Source of the DNA: Coleofasciculus sp. B1-GNL1-01
Lineage (GTDB): Bacteria; Cyanobacteriota; Cyanobacteriia; Cyanobacteriales; Coleofasciculaceae
Direction: 5' to 3' (one strand)
DNA length: 50,473 bases
Assembly (NCBI GenBank): GCA_040220235.1
Contig: JAVJTO010000015.1
The position numbers and the translations under genes were made by a program. Positions 29,173 through 39,044 of the stretch are shown here, one piece after another. Positions within the stretch are counted from its first letter, which is position 1, and the number at the start of each line of letters is the position of its first letter. Below the pieces are notes generated by a model. It searched no databases. It saw only the letters and a program-made list of their open reading frames with translations, and was not told the DNA's origin.

Positions 29173-29749
29173 CGTTTTAATTTCACACTCCTGTCACGAC
29201 TCTTATACACCAAATTCACAGAAAATGAGCATCTAAAGAATAAGTTGTATTGAATCTTTATCTTATTATTTTTTGTAAATATTTATTGATGTAAAGGCTC
29301 ATTAATTGTGTTCTAATGAAACAGGCATTAGTACAGCGGACAGAATTTATGTTCAGGAACTTATATCATGAAAATGATTATAAGAATCAATATAAATATA
29401 TTAAAATAGTCAAATAAACTTAATGATGAGTTTAGATAAATTAAATTTAGGTAACATTAATTGGTTCAATAGATAGATTCATGTTATCAGTCGTTCCGAA
29501 ATCAATAGACGGGTTGGCTTAACAAAATCTTTACAATGAGAAACACTCCTGATAGTTGTAGGGTGTGGGATGTCGGGAACTATTGATAAGTGGGTGGACA
29601 CAATTAAAGTTAACGGTTGAGATTAGGAAGGAACAGGGAACAGGCATCAGCACTGCAATGATACTCTTTTTGAAAGCTCGGCGGTTTCTCAAACTTAATA
29701 AGGCAATAAAGACTGGCAATGAAATCTGTCCTAACGTGTCTGCGTAGTG

Positions 29750-30256
29750 CTATATTACTCATTCCTACCTATATCCTAGATTTTTTGTGCATTCACCCGT
29801 TTTTAGATGGGAATGGGCGAATGGCAAGGTTGATTACCCTATTGCTGCTTTATAAAGCGGGTTATGAGGTGGGACGGTTTATTAGCTTAGAGCGGATTGT
29901 CGAGAGAATGAAGGAAAGTTACTATGATAAGCTTTACCAGTCTTCCCAAGATTGGCATGAAGGACAGCATAACCTATTACCTTGGTGGGAATATTTTTTG
30001 GGAGTCATGGTGCTGTCAGCGTATCGGGAGTTTGAGACAAGGGTGGGAGTTGTTACTTCTGCGAGGGGAACAAAAACGGCAATGGTGTTGGATGTGATTA
30101 ACAATCTGCGAGCGTGAATTTTCGATTCGAGAGTTGCAGGAGCGATGTCCAACGGTAGGGATTGACTTGATTCGCCGCATTTTGCGTCGGGAGAGGGATG
30201 CAGGACGTTTGACGTGTCAGGGGCGTGGGGTGGAGGCGCGTTGGCAGAAGCAATAG
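29750..30256 (+). pseudogene. 5'-truncated, frameshifted Fic-domain protein with C-terminal wHTH
   Basis: HPFLDGNGRMAR motif. The N-terminus is replaced by repeat-like DNA ending GTGCTATA. After ~30110 another frame reads REFSIRELQERCPTVGIDLIRRILRRERDAGRLTCQGRGVEARWQKQ*. Confidence 0.8.
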
Positions 30257-30275
30257 GTACAAAGTAGAGTTCTAT

Positions 30276-30339
30276 GTAGGGGCGGGTTTCACCGTTATCG
30301 TTTTTTACCCCATCCAGATATGACTAAACCCGCCCCGAC
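30276..30339. repeat. Paired REP (REPIN-like) GTAGGGGCGGGTTT...AAACCCGCCCC
   Basis: Inverted arms around a ~35-nt spacer; relatives at 45376, 46260, 49960, 50076, 50319. Confidence 0.8.
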
Positions 30340-30379
30340 TAAATGCACAAATTAACTAGATAATTAACTCAAATCTCCC

Positions 30380-31165
30380 TTAAAATCGATAACTCAACAG
30401 TTTAATCATCGAACCACTCTGAGGTAAATCTGAGGGTTTCAACGTCAGCATATCGCTGTTCACCCGACTGACAGGCATTCCCTCCATCACCGTTAAAAAC
30501 TCATCCACAGGTTCAATCCCATAGTCTCCCTGACAGGTTTCATCTGCAGCTTGGGTACGGAAATGAGTTGGGATGACTAGCTTCGGATTCAACACCGCGA
30601 TCGCGTCTTTCGCCTCCCTCGGATTATAGGCTTTAATACTGCCGCCCACAGGCACAAATGCCACATCTGGACGCCCCATGAGAATTTTCTGCTCAATTTC
30701 AATCGGTGCGGCTGCGCCACCTAAATGGAGAAGTTTAATCCCACTTTGCTCCCATTGCCATGCCACATTATTTCCCAATCGGCGTCCCCCGTGGCGATCA
30801 TGAGGAATGCTAATCCCTTGGAACCGAATCCCCCCAATCTGATAAACGCCCGGTTGAAAGAGGATACGTGGATTTCCCGGCAATCCTTCAGCCGCACCTT
30901 CATCCAACAACTGAGAACTAATTAAAACCAAATCAGACTCCACTTTCGGCGGACGATAACCTGCGGTACACCCGACTGTCCGAAACGGATTCACCAAAAT
31001 CCGCATCCCTCCACCTGTAAACAAAAAGCAGGTATGTCCTAACCACTTAACTGTCAATGTTCCACTCGCCGACTGCGCCGCCGACTGAAATTGTGAAGCC
31101 AATGTCGTTCCCAAAGTGCCAAGCACCCCTGCACCCACGTAGCGCATCAACTGTCGCCGTTTCAT
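30380..31165 (-). CDS. MBL-fold metallo-hydrolase-like protein with twin-arginine signal
   Basis: MKRRQLMR signal; WLGHTCF, IPHD, LHLG, VPVGG, IPTH. Confidence 0.85.
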   Translation of the reverse strand: MKRRQLMRYVGAGVLGTLGTTLASQFQSAAQSASGTLTVKWLGHTCFLFTGGGMRILVNPFRTVGCTAGYRPPKVESDLVLISSQLLDEGAAEGLPGNPRILFQPGVYQIGGIRFQGISIPHDRHGGRRLGNNVAWQWEQSGIKLLHLGGAAAPIEIEQKILMGRPDVAFVPVGGSIKAYNPREAKDAIAVLNPKLVIPTHFRTQAADETCQGDYGIEPVDEFLTVMEGMPVSRVNSDMLTLKPSDLPQSGSMIKLLSYRF

Positions 31166-31191
31166 CGTTAGTTAATCAATACTCCTCAAAC

Positions 31192-31812
31192 TTAAGCTAG
31201 AACCATGGGGTTTTGAGTCGATGCTGGAAGAGAAACTAGGAAATTTTGCAATAACTGTTTACCGCAATCGGTCAAAACACTCTCTGGATGAAATTGGACG
31301 CCTTGAAGGTGGGGATAGTTCCGGTGTCTCACCCCCATAATTGTGCCATCCTCTACCCAAGCGGTAATTTCCAGAACATCTGGACAGGTGTCTCGCTCAA
31401 TCACCAGACTGTGATATCGAGTGGCGATAAAGGGATTGGGCAAATTCTGGAACACACCGACGCCAGTGTGGTAAATTTCCGAGGTTTTGCCATGCATCAA
31501 CAGGGGGGCGGAGATAATTTTGCCGCCAAAGACTTGACCAATACTTTGATGACCCAGACAAACGCCTAAGATAGGTACAGTTGCACCAAGCTGGAGAATT
31601 AACTCACAAGAGATCCCTGCATCATCCGGGCGTCCGGGTCCTGGGGAAATCACGATCCCATCAGGATTTAATTGGCGCAGTTGCTCTAAGTCAATTTGGT
31701 CATTGCGGTATACCTGAATATCCGTGGCAATGGGCAATGTGAACCCAAGTTCCCCTAGATACTGCACTAAGTTATAGGTAAAACTGTCGTAGTTATCAAT
31801 GACAACAATCAA
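31192..31812 (-). CDS. trpG: Anthranilate/aminodeoxychorismate synthase component II (glutamine amidotransferase)
   Basis: IDNYDSFTYNL, SPGPG, GVCLGHQ, RYHSL, QFHPES. Confidence 0.95.
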   Translation of the reverse strand: MIVVIDNYDSFTYNLVQYLGELGFTLPIATDIQVYRNDQIDLEQLRQLNPDGIVISPGPGRPDDAGISCELILQLGATVPILGVCLGHQSIGQVFGGKIISAPLLMHGKTSEIYHTGVGVFQNLPNPFIATRYHSLVIERDTCPDVLEITAWVEDGTIMGVRHRNYPHLQGVQFHPESVLTDCGKQLLQNFLVSLPASTQNPMVLA

Positions 31813-31885
31813 AATTTACACTCCTTTTGCAACTTACCCTAACCACGACAAAACGTCACACTGTAATTTAAGTTAAAAAAATAGC

Positions 31886-32401
31886 TTAACGTATCAGTAA
31901 AAGAATGCGAGTCACTAAGGGGGGCAAGAGTAGAGAGCCAGCAACAAGTAGGGCTGCGATCGCGGAGATGAGAACAGCCCCCGCCGCACAGTCTTTGGCA
32001 ACTTTTGCCAGCTTATGATAAGACTGCTTAACGGTTAAGTCAACCACCGCCTCAACGGCTGTATTCAGCAATTCCAGGGTCATCACTAGCCCACTAGTTA
32101 AGCCAATCACCGCAATTTCCACAGGCGGCAACTTTAACAAAATCGCCAAAGTGATTGCTACTGTGCCAATCAGGGTATGAATGCGAAAGTTCCGTTGGGT
32201 GACAAAGGCATAGCGAACTCCCGCCCAAGCATATTTAAAACTAACCAATAGGGTTGGGGCAATGCACCAAGCCAAGTCGCGTTTGAATCTCTGATTCGGG
32301 TCGGACTCCGGCGGTTTGGGGAGTGACAGGTCATGCACTATCGACCGGGAACCTGAAACTAGGTATTGAGAGTTAGCAGAATGAGTATTGTGATAAACCA
32401 T
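31886..32401 (-). CDS. dgkA: Diacylglycerol/undecaprenol kinase family protein
   Basis: SFKYAWAG..TQRNFRIH..ELLNTAVEAVVD..AKDCAAGAV; follows ybeY. Confidence 0.92.
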   Translation of the reverse strand: MVYHNTHSANSQYLVSGSRSIVHDLSLPKPPESDPNQRFKRDLAWCIAPTLLVSFKYAWAGVRYAFVTQRNFRIHTLIGTVAITLAILLKLPPVEIAVIGLTSGLVMTLELLNTAVEAVVDLTVKQSYHKLAKVAKDCAAGAVLISAIAALLVAGSLLLPPLVTRILLLIR

Positions 32402-32451
32402 GGGGATTGAATTCCATTGCTAGTGATGAACTGACACCGAATCCAGTGTCA

Positions 32452-32979
32452 TTATACGGGTAACGTCAAGTTGACAATCTGGAGTAAAGCCTGCTGCTGG
32501 TTTAGCATTCGCTGCAAGCTTTCCTCGTCCGGATGATCCCACCCTAAAAGATGTAGCAACCCATGGGTTGCTAACCAAGCCAGCTCTATACTCAAGGGAT
32601 GACCCTGATGTTGGGCTTGGCGATAAGCGGTTTCCACTGAAATGACTAAATCGCCCAGGTAGACTGATTCAGCCGCTTGCATGTCTGGAGGTATCTGAGG
32701 CGAGTCTACCTCTAATGCGGCGAAGGCGAGTACATCAGTGGGTTGATTTTTGTGGCGGAACTGAGTATTCAGTTCCTGAATTTCTGGGTCATCAGTCAGG
32801 CGTAGTGTCAGTTCATACATCGATCCTGGCGAACTATCGGGGTGCAGTGTTTCTAGCCATTGGCTGAACCAATGTTCCCAAGTGGAGGTGGAAATAGGAT
32901 TCGTCAGGGAATTCGCTTCCGGAGTCGCTGACTGGGAGGCTTCAAAGAAACAATCCTGCACTATTAGTTCGATATTCAC
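32452..32979 (-). CDS. ybeY: rRNA maturation RNase YbeY
   Basis: LNTQFRHKNQPTDVLAF, LGDLVIS, HGLLHLLGWDH. Confidence 0.96.
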   Translation of the reverse strand: MNIELIVQDCFFEASQSATPEANSLTNPISTSTWEHWFSQWLETLHPDSSPGSMYELTLRLTDDPEIQELNTQFRHKNQPTDVLAFAALEVDSPQIPPDMQAAESVYLGDLVISVETAYRQAQHQGHPLSIELAWLATHGLLHLLGWDHPDEESLQRMLNQQQALLQIVNLTLPV

Positions 32980-33016
32980 TTGTGCCGCCTCTGGTGTGAG
33001 ATGAGCTATGGGAACG

Positions 33017-33232
33017 TTAACGAGTCAGGTAAGCTAAACCAATCAGCACAGCTAACAGACCCACGGTGGTTAGAAAAAAGTGTTGTAGGGATTTGCCTCC
33101 TTTACGCACCATGTTACGCATGGCTAATTTCACGTAACTGGGTTTCGGTTCATTCAAAGCGGCGTTGGCTGGTGTTGGCTGTTCAGCAAACGGCGGCTTC
33201 GCTGTATCCGGGGGGGTTGAGGATTGACTCAT
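33017..33232 (-). CDS. DUF3285 family small membrane protein
   Basis: PSYVKLAMRNMVRKG..SLQHFFLT..GLAYLTR; likely ATG at 33232. Confidence 0.85.
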   Translation of the reverse strand: MSQSSTPPDTAKPPFAEQPTPANAALNEPKPSYVKLAMRNMVRKGGKSLQHFFLTTVGLLAVLIGLAYLTR

Positions 33233-33319
33233 CAGTAATGGTAATTTGACGCTAAAAACTATTTTATCGTCTTTCTTTACATAAAGTAACAAATTGAGAT
33301 TCGTAATTATTCGTGGTTA

Positions 33320-33458
33320 TTCGTCATTTGTCATTTGTCATTCGTCATTTGTCATTTGTCATTTGTCATTTGTCATTTGTCATTTGTCATTCGTCCCCAT
33401 CTCCCCCATCTCCCTCATCTCCCCCATCTCCCTCATCTCCCTTATCTCCCCTCTCTCT
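33320..33458. repeat. STRR array (TCATTTG)n followed by (CCCCATCTC)-type 9-mers
   Basis: About 10 heptamer units then about 6 nonamer units between prfB and DUF3285. Confidence 0.92.
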
Positions 33459-33467
33459 GCCCACCGA

Positions 33468-34575
33468 TCACGTTAATTGATTTTCCTGACGCAGGTAGGC
33501 TTCGATAAAGGGATCAAGAGTCCCATTCAGGACATCATCAACCCCTGTGGTTTCCACATTCGTCCGCAAGTCTTTCACCAACTGGTAAGGGTGGAAGACA
33601 TAATTACGAATTTGGTTACCCCAAGCCGCTTCAACCATATCGCCTCGGATTTCGGCAATTTCCTGGGCGCGTTGTTCTTGGGCAATCACCAATAGCTTGG
33701 CTTTCAGCAGGGCGAGGGCTTTTTCCTTGTTTTGTAGTTGCGATCGCTCCTGGGTACAGCGCACGGCAATGTCTGTGGGAATATGCTTCACCCGAACGGC
33801 GGTTTCCACTTTGTTGACATTTTGACCGCCCTTACCCCCAGAACGAGAGGTGGTAATCTCTAAATCCGTTTCCGGTATATCTAGGTCTACATCCTCATTC
33901 AGGATGGGCATAACCTCAACCCCAGCAAAACTGGTTTGCCGTTTCCCGTTGGCATTATAGGGAGAAATTCGCACCAGTCGGTGAGTTCCTTTCTCAGCTT
34001 TCAAATAGCCATAGGCGCGGAGTCCCTGAATTTCTAGGGTAGCTGACTTAATTCCCGCTTCATCCCCTTCTGAGAGTTCTGCCAACTGCACTTTATACCC
34101 CTGGCTTTCTGCCCAACGGGTATACATCCGCAACAGCATTTCTGCCCAATCTTGGGCATCTGTTCCGCCCGCCCCCGCATTAATCGCCAGTACAGCACCA
34201 TTGGCGTCATAAGGACCCGATAGTAGCTGTTCTAATTCCCAACGGTCAAGTTCGCGATTCAGCTTGACTACATTGGTTTGAGCTTCTTGCAGCAGTGCTT
34301 CATCGGTTTCCAATTCCAGCAATTCCAGAACGGCTTTCGCATCCTCTAGATTACTTTTCCACTGCTGGTACTGCTGCAAATTCAATTTCAGGTCATTCAG
34401 CTTTTGCAGGGTTCGCTGAGCGAAGGTTTGGTCATCCCAAAAATCCGGTTGAGCGGCTTGTTGCTCTAGGTCTTTAATTTTGGCAGTCAGTGCAGGTACG
34501 TCAAAGATAGTCCTGGGTTTTTCCCAGGCGATCGGACAAGGTTTCGACTTCGCGTTTAATCTCTACAACTTCCAT
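33468..34575 (-). CDS. prfB: Peptide chain release factor 2 with programmed +1 frameshift
   Basis: [24 protein letters not shown], then CTT TGA C at 34506-34500 with AGGA just upstream. The downstream frame has GGQ and SPY in place of the usual SPF. Confidence 0.97.
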
Positions 34576-34653
34576 GTTTTTTTGTTCTGGTACTTTACTA
34601 CCTTATGATTCAATTTTAATCAGAAAACTTAATTCCATCAGACTCATGACAAG

Positions 34654-34684
34654 TATCCCACGCCCTAAATTACGACGTGGGATA
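34654..34684. terminator. Stem-loop downstream of the Bax inhibitor-1 gene
   Basis: TATCCCACG...CGTGGGATA. Confidence 0.5.
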
Positions 34685-34695
34685 AGGTGAGTCAA

Positions 34696-35421
34696 TTAGT
34701 CGCGATTAAAGGCAATCAGCAACCGCAAAATAAAGATAAACAGGTTGATGTAGGTCAAGTACATCGACAGGGCGGCTGGCAGATACTGATCATTGCGATA
34801 GGTGCGGGGCAAGATATAGAAATCCACCACTGCCGCACCAACAAACAATAAAACGCCAATCCCAGAGATGCCAATTTCTAGCCAGCTAGGGGTATAGACA
34901 CCAAAAAAGCTTAAGACGAGCTGACCCACCAACACCACCAACAAGGCAATGATACCCAGTTGCACAGTTTGGGTTAACGCCATCCCGTCTTGGTCTGAAA
35001 GATTCGAGCCAATTTGACGGGCAGCAACAAAAGTGATACCACAACCGAGAGCGGCGATTCCAATCCCTGGAATTCCTACGCCTGAAGTGCCAATGGCAAC
35101 AAATACGATACCACTGAGGGTGTAGCCTGAGAGCAAGCTATAGGTCGCCAACAGAGGCAATGCTGCACTGTTATTGCCTTTCTCCGCCACACCACGAGCG
35201 ACGAAGAATAGGGCTAATTCAGCAATCAGGGCAACCCAGAAGGTAGGCATGAATAACCCTGGGTTGGTGGTAAGGACATTCAAACCACCGTAGGTACCGA
35301 CAGCCGTTAGAACCAATCCACCGCCGACGTAGGGCAGGGCGTTGGCTATCACATTGGGTCCTACTAGGGCTTGACCCTGTGCATTACGCATGGCTTGACG
35401 AAAGTTACTCGTGTTGCTCAT
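34696..35421 (-). CDS. Bax inhibitor-1/YccA family membrane protein
   Basis: About seven hydrophobic segments; C-terminal AALSMYLTYINLFIFILRL. Confidence 0.9.
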   Translation of the reverse strand: MSNTSNFRQAMRNAQGQALVGPNVIANALPYVGGGLVLTAVGTYGGLNVLTTNPGLFMPTFWVALIAELALFFVARGVAEKGNNSAALPLLATYSLLSGYTLSGIVFVAIGTSGVGIPGIGIAALGCGITFVAARQIGSNLSDQDGMALTQTVQLGIIALLVVLVGQLVLSFFGVYTPSWLEIGISGIGVLLFVGAAVVDFYILPRTYRNDQYLPAALSMYLTYINLFIFILRLLIAFNRD

Positions 35422-35715
35422 GTAAACTCCTTGTGTAACTTACGTAATAATTTAAGTTGATCGGGTAAGATGACTCCCGTCGTAATCTTCGATTTGACGG
35501 TGAGATGAATCTCTTATGAAAGCAGATTGACTTTCAATAATAGTATACTACACTCTATTATAGGATGGCATTGCCAATAATTTTCAATATAATTATATTG
35601 CTATAAATAGTACAATTTAAATCAAAAAACAGCATTTAATTCCGAACAGCTTACAATCATTTTTATATTTTGATATAGTACCATTGATTTATGTCCGACA
35701 ACTTATATTATATTA

Positions 35716-36039
35716 GTGTTTAAACCTGTTGACTGGACAGTTGGGACACCAGCAAGCATTCTCATCGCCACCGGAACTCAAATCAGTGGGAGATTTCCTC
35801 GTGATGGAGCAAGTACTAGAGAGGTGCGTTATCGTCTAGATAGCGGTAATATAACTAGCTATATTGTCTACGATGACAATGGGCGGGCGATTAAGCGAGT
35901 AGACTTGACGGGTAAGGCTCATGCAGGAGTCCCAACTCCCCATGTTGTTGAATACAAACATCACCAAAACCCAGCAGGGAATATTTTTGTGCAAGCTGAA
36001 AAAAGAGTTCGACCTGCTAGAACTGACGAGATACCTTAA
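35716..36039 (+). CDS. Polymorphic toxin (Ntox24-like putative RNase) domain, stand-alone
   Basis: YIVYDDNGRAIKRVDLTGKAHAGVPTPHV..VRPARTDEIP; no secretion or RHS domain. Confidence 0.7.
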   Translation: MFKPVDWTVGTPASILIATGTQISGRFPRDGASTREVRYRLDSGNITSYIVYDDNGRAIKRVDLTGKAHAGVPTPHVVEYKHHQNPAGNIFVQAEKRVRPARTDEIP

Positions 36040-36044
36040 AAATC

Positions 36045-36581
36045 ATGGAAACCCAGCACCTATCCTTAAATACAACTCAGATGAGCGATTTCCAGCAGTG
36101 GAAACAAATTAACGGCGATGATTTTTCTCTCTGGGATTATCTGGCTGGAGTCTCTAATATTGAAGTTGCTTTAGCCTTCACCAAAGTCTTTTTACCTGAC
36201 TTTGTTGAACATGAGGGAGGTATTTTTTTATCAGAAGCCTTTAATTTAGAAATTTACGAGCAGTGGAAAGCACAACTCGGAGATAATATTGCCTCGATTG
36301 AGCAGGTAATGAACCATCAGCATATTGATGATTTGCTTCCTGGTTCAGAATCTGCTGGAATTGATAACTTGTTTTATTTGGGTCAAGTCATCAAACAAAT
36401 GTGGAAAAATCATCTCAAGTCACTGTATCCAAAGTATAGTTTTGAAGTTTCTTGCACTAGAGATGAATACACTGTGGTTGTCACTTTCCATCATAGTAAA
36501 CGCGAAGAGTTACAAATCAAGCCTAAAAAGGATCTCCAAAGTAGTGACAAAAGTTATGAGATATTATCTTTAGGAGGTTAA
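36045..36581 (+). CDS. Putative cognate immunity protein
   Basis: Starts 5 nt after the toxin stop; acidic; PDFVEHEGGIFL..IEQVMNHQHIDDL..W..L..YP. Confidence 0.6.
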   Translation: METQHLSLNTTQMSDFQQWKQINGDDFSLWDYLAGVSNIEVALAFTKVFLPDFVEHEGGIFLSEAFNLEIYEQWKAQLGDNIASIEQVMNHQHIDDLLPGSESAGIDNLFYLGQVIKQMWKNHLKSLYPKYSFEVSCTRDEYTVVVTFHHSKREELQIKPKKDLQSSDKSYEILSLGG

Positions 36582-36662
36582 ATCATCCGGAAGGATAAAG
36601 ATTCTCAAGCCGAGTCTAAACCAAGAGACAGGACTTCCAAATCTCCCCATTAATGGAACTTT

Positions 36663-36709
36663 GTCGTGTGGGTGTTTTGCTGACAATGCGAACGAAACAC
36701 CCACACGAC
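36663..36709. terminator. Strong hairpin between the convergent immunity gene and psaI
   Basis: GTCGTGTGGGTGTTT / AAACACCCACACGAC, perfect 15-bp stem. Confidence 0.65.
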
Positions 36710-36740
36710 CCATTTAACTCAACGTTGAAAAACGACCTGC

Positions 36741-36857
36741 TTAGGCGTCACTTTCAATGTAGATGAACAGAAGTCCCATCAGCACAGCAGGCATGAGCCA
36801 ACAAACGACGGGAATCAGAATCCAAGGCAAGAACGAAGCTGCATAAGAACCAGTCAT
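36741..36857 (-). CDS. psaI: Photosystem I subunit VIII (not in the ORF track)
   Basis: Manual translation [38 protein letters not shown]; downstream of psaL. Confidence 0.96.
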   Translation of the reverse strand: MTGSYAASFLPWILIPVVCWLMPAVLMGLLFIYIESDA

Positions 36858-36926
36858 GTCAAATTGTCCTATCTAAATTTACAAGAGTTCAAGACAAATA
36901 TTACTCAATTTGTGAACCCAATGGAG

Positions 36927-37421
36927 TTAGTTATTCACAAAACCCCGGAAAATGGCATCCACAGTCTCAAAATTCTCCAGGAGGAAGTAAGCCACGAAAG
37001 CGCCTCCCATACCTCCAACAAAGAATCCACCTGCAAATTCACTCCAGCCTTCAGACGTTTTGAGTCGTTCTGTACTCGGAGCGCTTTCGGCGGCGCTTTT
37101 GAGCGACACTAATCCCCAAGCTGCCATTCCGGCGGTTCCCAGTAGCACGATAACCAAAGCAGTGACTAAGCCGCCTAGATAACGCGCTTCTGGGTAATCC
37201 CGCAGTGCGCCAAACACAACTTCAGGACCAACTAAGAAGTAACCATGAGCCATGCCAATTTCCAAACCTCGCAGGAATGGGGATAGCCCTTTACGATAAG
37301 CGGGCAGATTGCCAATGAATGCCCGGGTAAACGCTGAATCGCTGATTGGAGTCGATAAATGACCCACAAAGGGGTCTCCATGGTAGGGCTTTACCATTTC
37401 CATATTTCTTGCATCTGCCAT
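36927..37421 (-). CDS. psaL: Photosystem I subunit XI
   Basis: DPFVGHLSTPISDS..NLPAYRKGLSP..RGLEIGMAHGYF..EGWSEFAGGFFVGG. Confidence 0.96.
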   Translation of the reverse strand: MADARNMEMVKPYHGDPFVGHLSTPISDSAFTRAFIGNLPAYRKGLSPFLRGLEIGMAHGYFLVGPEVVFGALRDYPEARYLGGLVTALVIVLLGTAGMAAWGLVSLKSAAESAPSTERLKTSEGWSEFAGGFFVGGMGGAFVAYFLLENFETVDAIFRGFVNN

Positions 37422-37752
37422 CTAGATGTTGCCTCTCACTCTGAATGTTTACAAAAATACCTGACTTAACATTGTAAGCAGAGAGGGGTAATCCCATGGC
37501 ACAATATGGGAAGACCTTTAAAAAACTTCATCAAATTAGTTAGAGCTTAAGGATATAACACTGCCGTGTCTCTAGGGAGTAATCGGCGCGAATCATCGTC
37601 TGCGTCCACCGACCAAAACCCCTGACTTCTTGGAGAAATCAGGGATCTATATTGCACAACTATGGTTATATGTCAAGACATGAGCTAGATGTCGGTCGTT
37701 CACTAGAGTGTAGTAGTATTTTGAAAAAAACAGTCATCTCAAGAGTCAGTAA

Positions 37753-38469
37753 ATGAGACAAATCTTCAATCAACTATACAAAAACCTGAAACGTCTAATA
37801 CTACCGCTATTACTGGGCGTTTTAGTTAGCGGATTGATGGCTACACCTGCCAACGCTGTAAACGTCTACCAAATGCCCAATGTCAACGCGGGTGAACCAA
37901 CGTGGGTGATTGATCAAGCTGACGTACTCAGCCGCCTGAGTGAAGGCAAGTTGAGCAAAAGCTTGGAAGACTTAGCCCAGAAAACCGACAAGGAAGTCAG
38001 ATTTGTGACAGTTCGCCGTTTAGACTACGGTGAAACTGTAGACAGCTTTGCTAAAGCCCTATTCAAAAAATGGTATCCGACACCGGAAGCCCAAGCGAAT
38101 CAAACCTTGCTGCTTATCGATACCCTGACTAATAATACTGCCATTGTTACTGGGGAAAACGTCAAGTCAGTTATGCCCGACGAAATTGCCGAGAGTGTCG
38201 CCTCGGAAACAATGACAGTCCCCTTACGGGAGGGTAACAAGTACAATAAGTCTTTTTTAGAGGCTAGCGATCGCTTAGTGGCTGTGCTATCGGGTCAACC
38301 TGATCCCGGTCCTCCAGTTGTAGAAGAAACGGTTCAGGTTGAAGGCACATTTACCAGCGCAGAAGAAACTGACACCAAAAACTCGACCATCTGGGTTGTT
38401 GTACTATTGGTTGTCGCGACAGTGGTACCGATGGCAACCTATTTCTTTTATCAGGGCTTCTCTGGTTAA
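37753..38469 (+). CDS. psb32: Photosystem II repair protein Psb32 (TPM domain)
   Basis: Signal peptide, WVIDQADVLSRLSEG, TVRRLDYGET, VLSGQPDPGPP, C-terminal TM ..PMATYF. Confidence 0.88.
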   Translation: MRQIFNQLYKNLKRLILPLLLGVLVSGLMATPANAVNVYQMPNVNAGEPTWVIDQADVLSRLSEGKLSKSLEDLAQKTDKEVRFVTVRRLDYGETVDSFAKALFKKWYPTPEAQANQTLLLIDTLTNNTAIVTGENVKSVMPDEIAESVASETMTVPLREGNKYNKSFLEASDRLVAVLSGQPDPGPPVVEETVQVEGTFTSAEETDTKNSTIWVVVLLVVATVVPMATYFFYQGFSG

Positions 38470-38471
38470 GT

Positions 38472-38546
38472 TCGTCATTTGTCATTTGTCATTTGTTACT
38501 GTTCCCTGTGACACACCGAGCGAAGCCGAGGTGTTCCCTGTTCTCT
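38472..38546. repeat. STRR heptamers plus small repeat GACACACCGAGCGAAGCCGAGGT inserted in a TGTTCCC tract
   Basis: Direct reading; expanded relative at 39045-39166. Confidence 0.75.
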
Positions 38547-38578
38547 AAGAGATGATCAGAAGCCTTTACTGTAAGGCA

Positions 38579-38962
38579 CTAATCCTGAACATACTCCTGT
38601 CCAGAAATTAAAGCATACTCAGCCCGCATAAACTCCCGTCCTAAATAAGCCGCATGATCCAACATCGTGACTGGACAGGGCTGGGTTTGCTCAAAAATCA
38701 CCACACAAAGTTCCTTGGCGGTTCTACCTGTAAACAAAGTCGTATGAGTCCGTTCAACCTTACCTCGTGCGGGAATCGGTTTCCCGGTTTCGGGGTCAAC
38801 GGCTAAACCGCGATCATCAATCACATTGGTGAAATGTTTGGCACAAATTAACCGTGCATCCCGGTCGAGGTAGATAATAAAATATCCACCGGGATCAAGT
38901 GCAATTTCTCGTTTCGACAGTTTGTCATCAATAGTACGCAGGTCTTCTACTGTTTGGTTCAT
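38579..38962 (-). CDS. DUF4346 domain protein
   Basis: LDPGGYFIIY..GRTAKELC..LDHAAYLGREF..YVQD. Confidence 0.85.
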   Translation of the reverse strand: MNQTVEDLRTIDDKLSKREIALDPGGYFIIYLDRDARLICAKHFTNVIDDRGLAVDPETGKPIPARGKVERTHTTLFTGRTAKELCVVIFEQTQPCPVTMLDHAAYLGREFMRAEYALISGQEYVQD

Positions 38963-39044
38963 CTTGATTTTGGCTCAATGCTTCCCTTCTTGAATACTAT
39001 CGTGCTTGGACATGTTGAAGAAGGTAGAGGGAAATCTCAAATTC

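Noticed and set aside
33294..33476. ORFs made of SFVICH/ISPISL repeats (also 16141..16329, 18098..18283, 38339..38548)
   Set aside because: These are translations of STRR heptamer and nonamer tracts, not credible proteins
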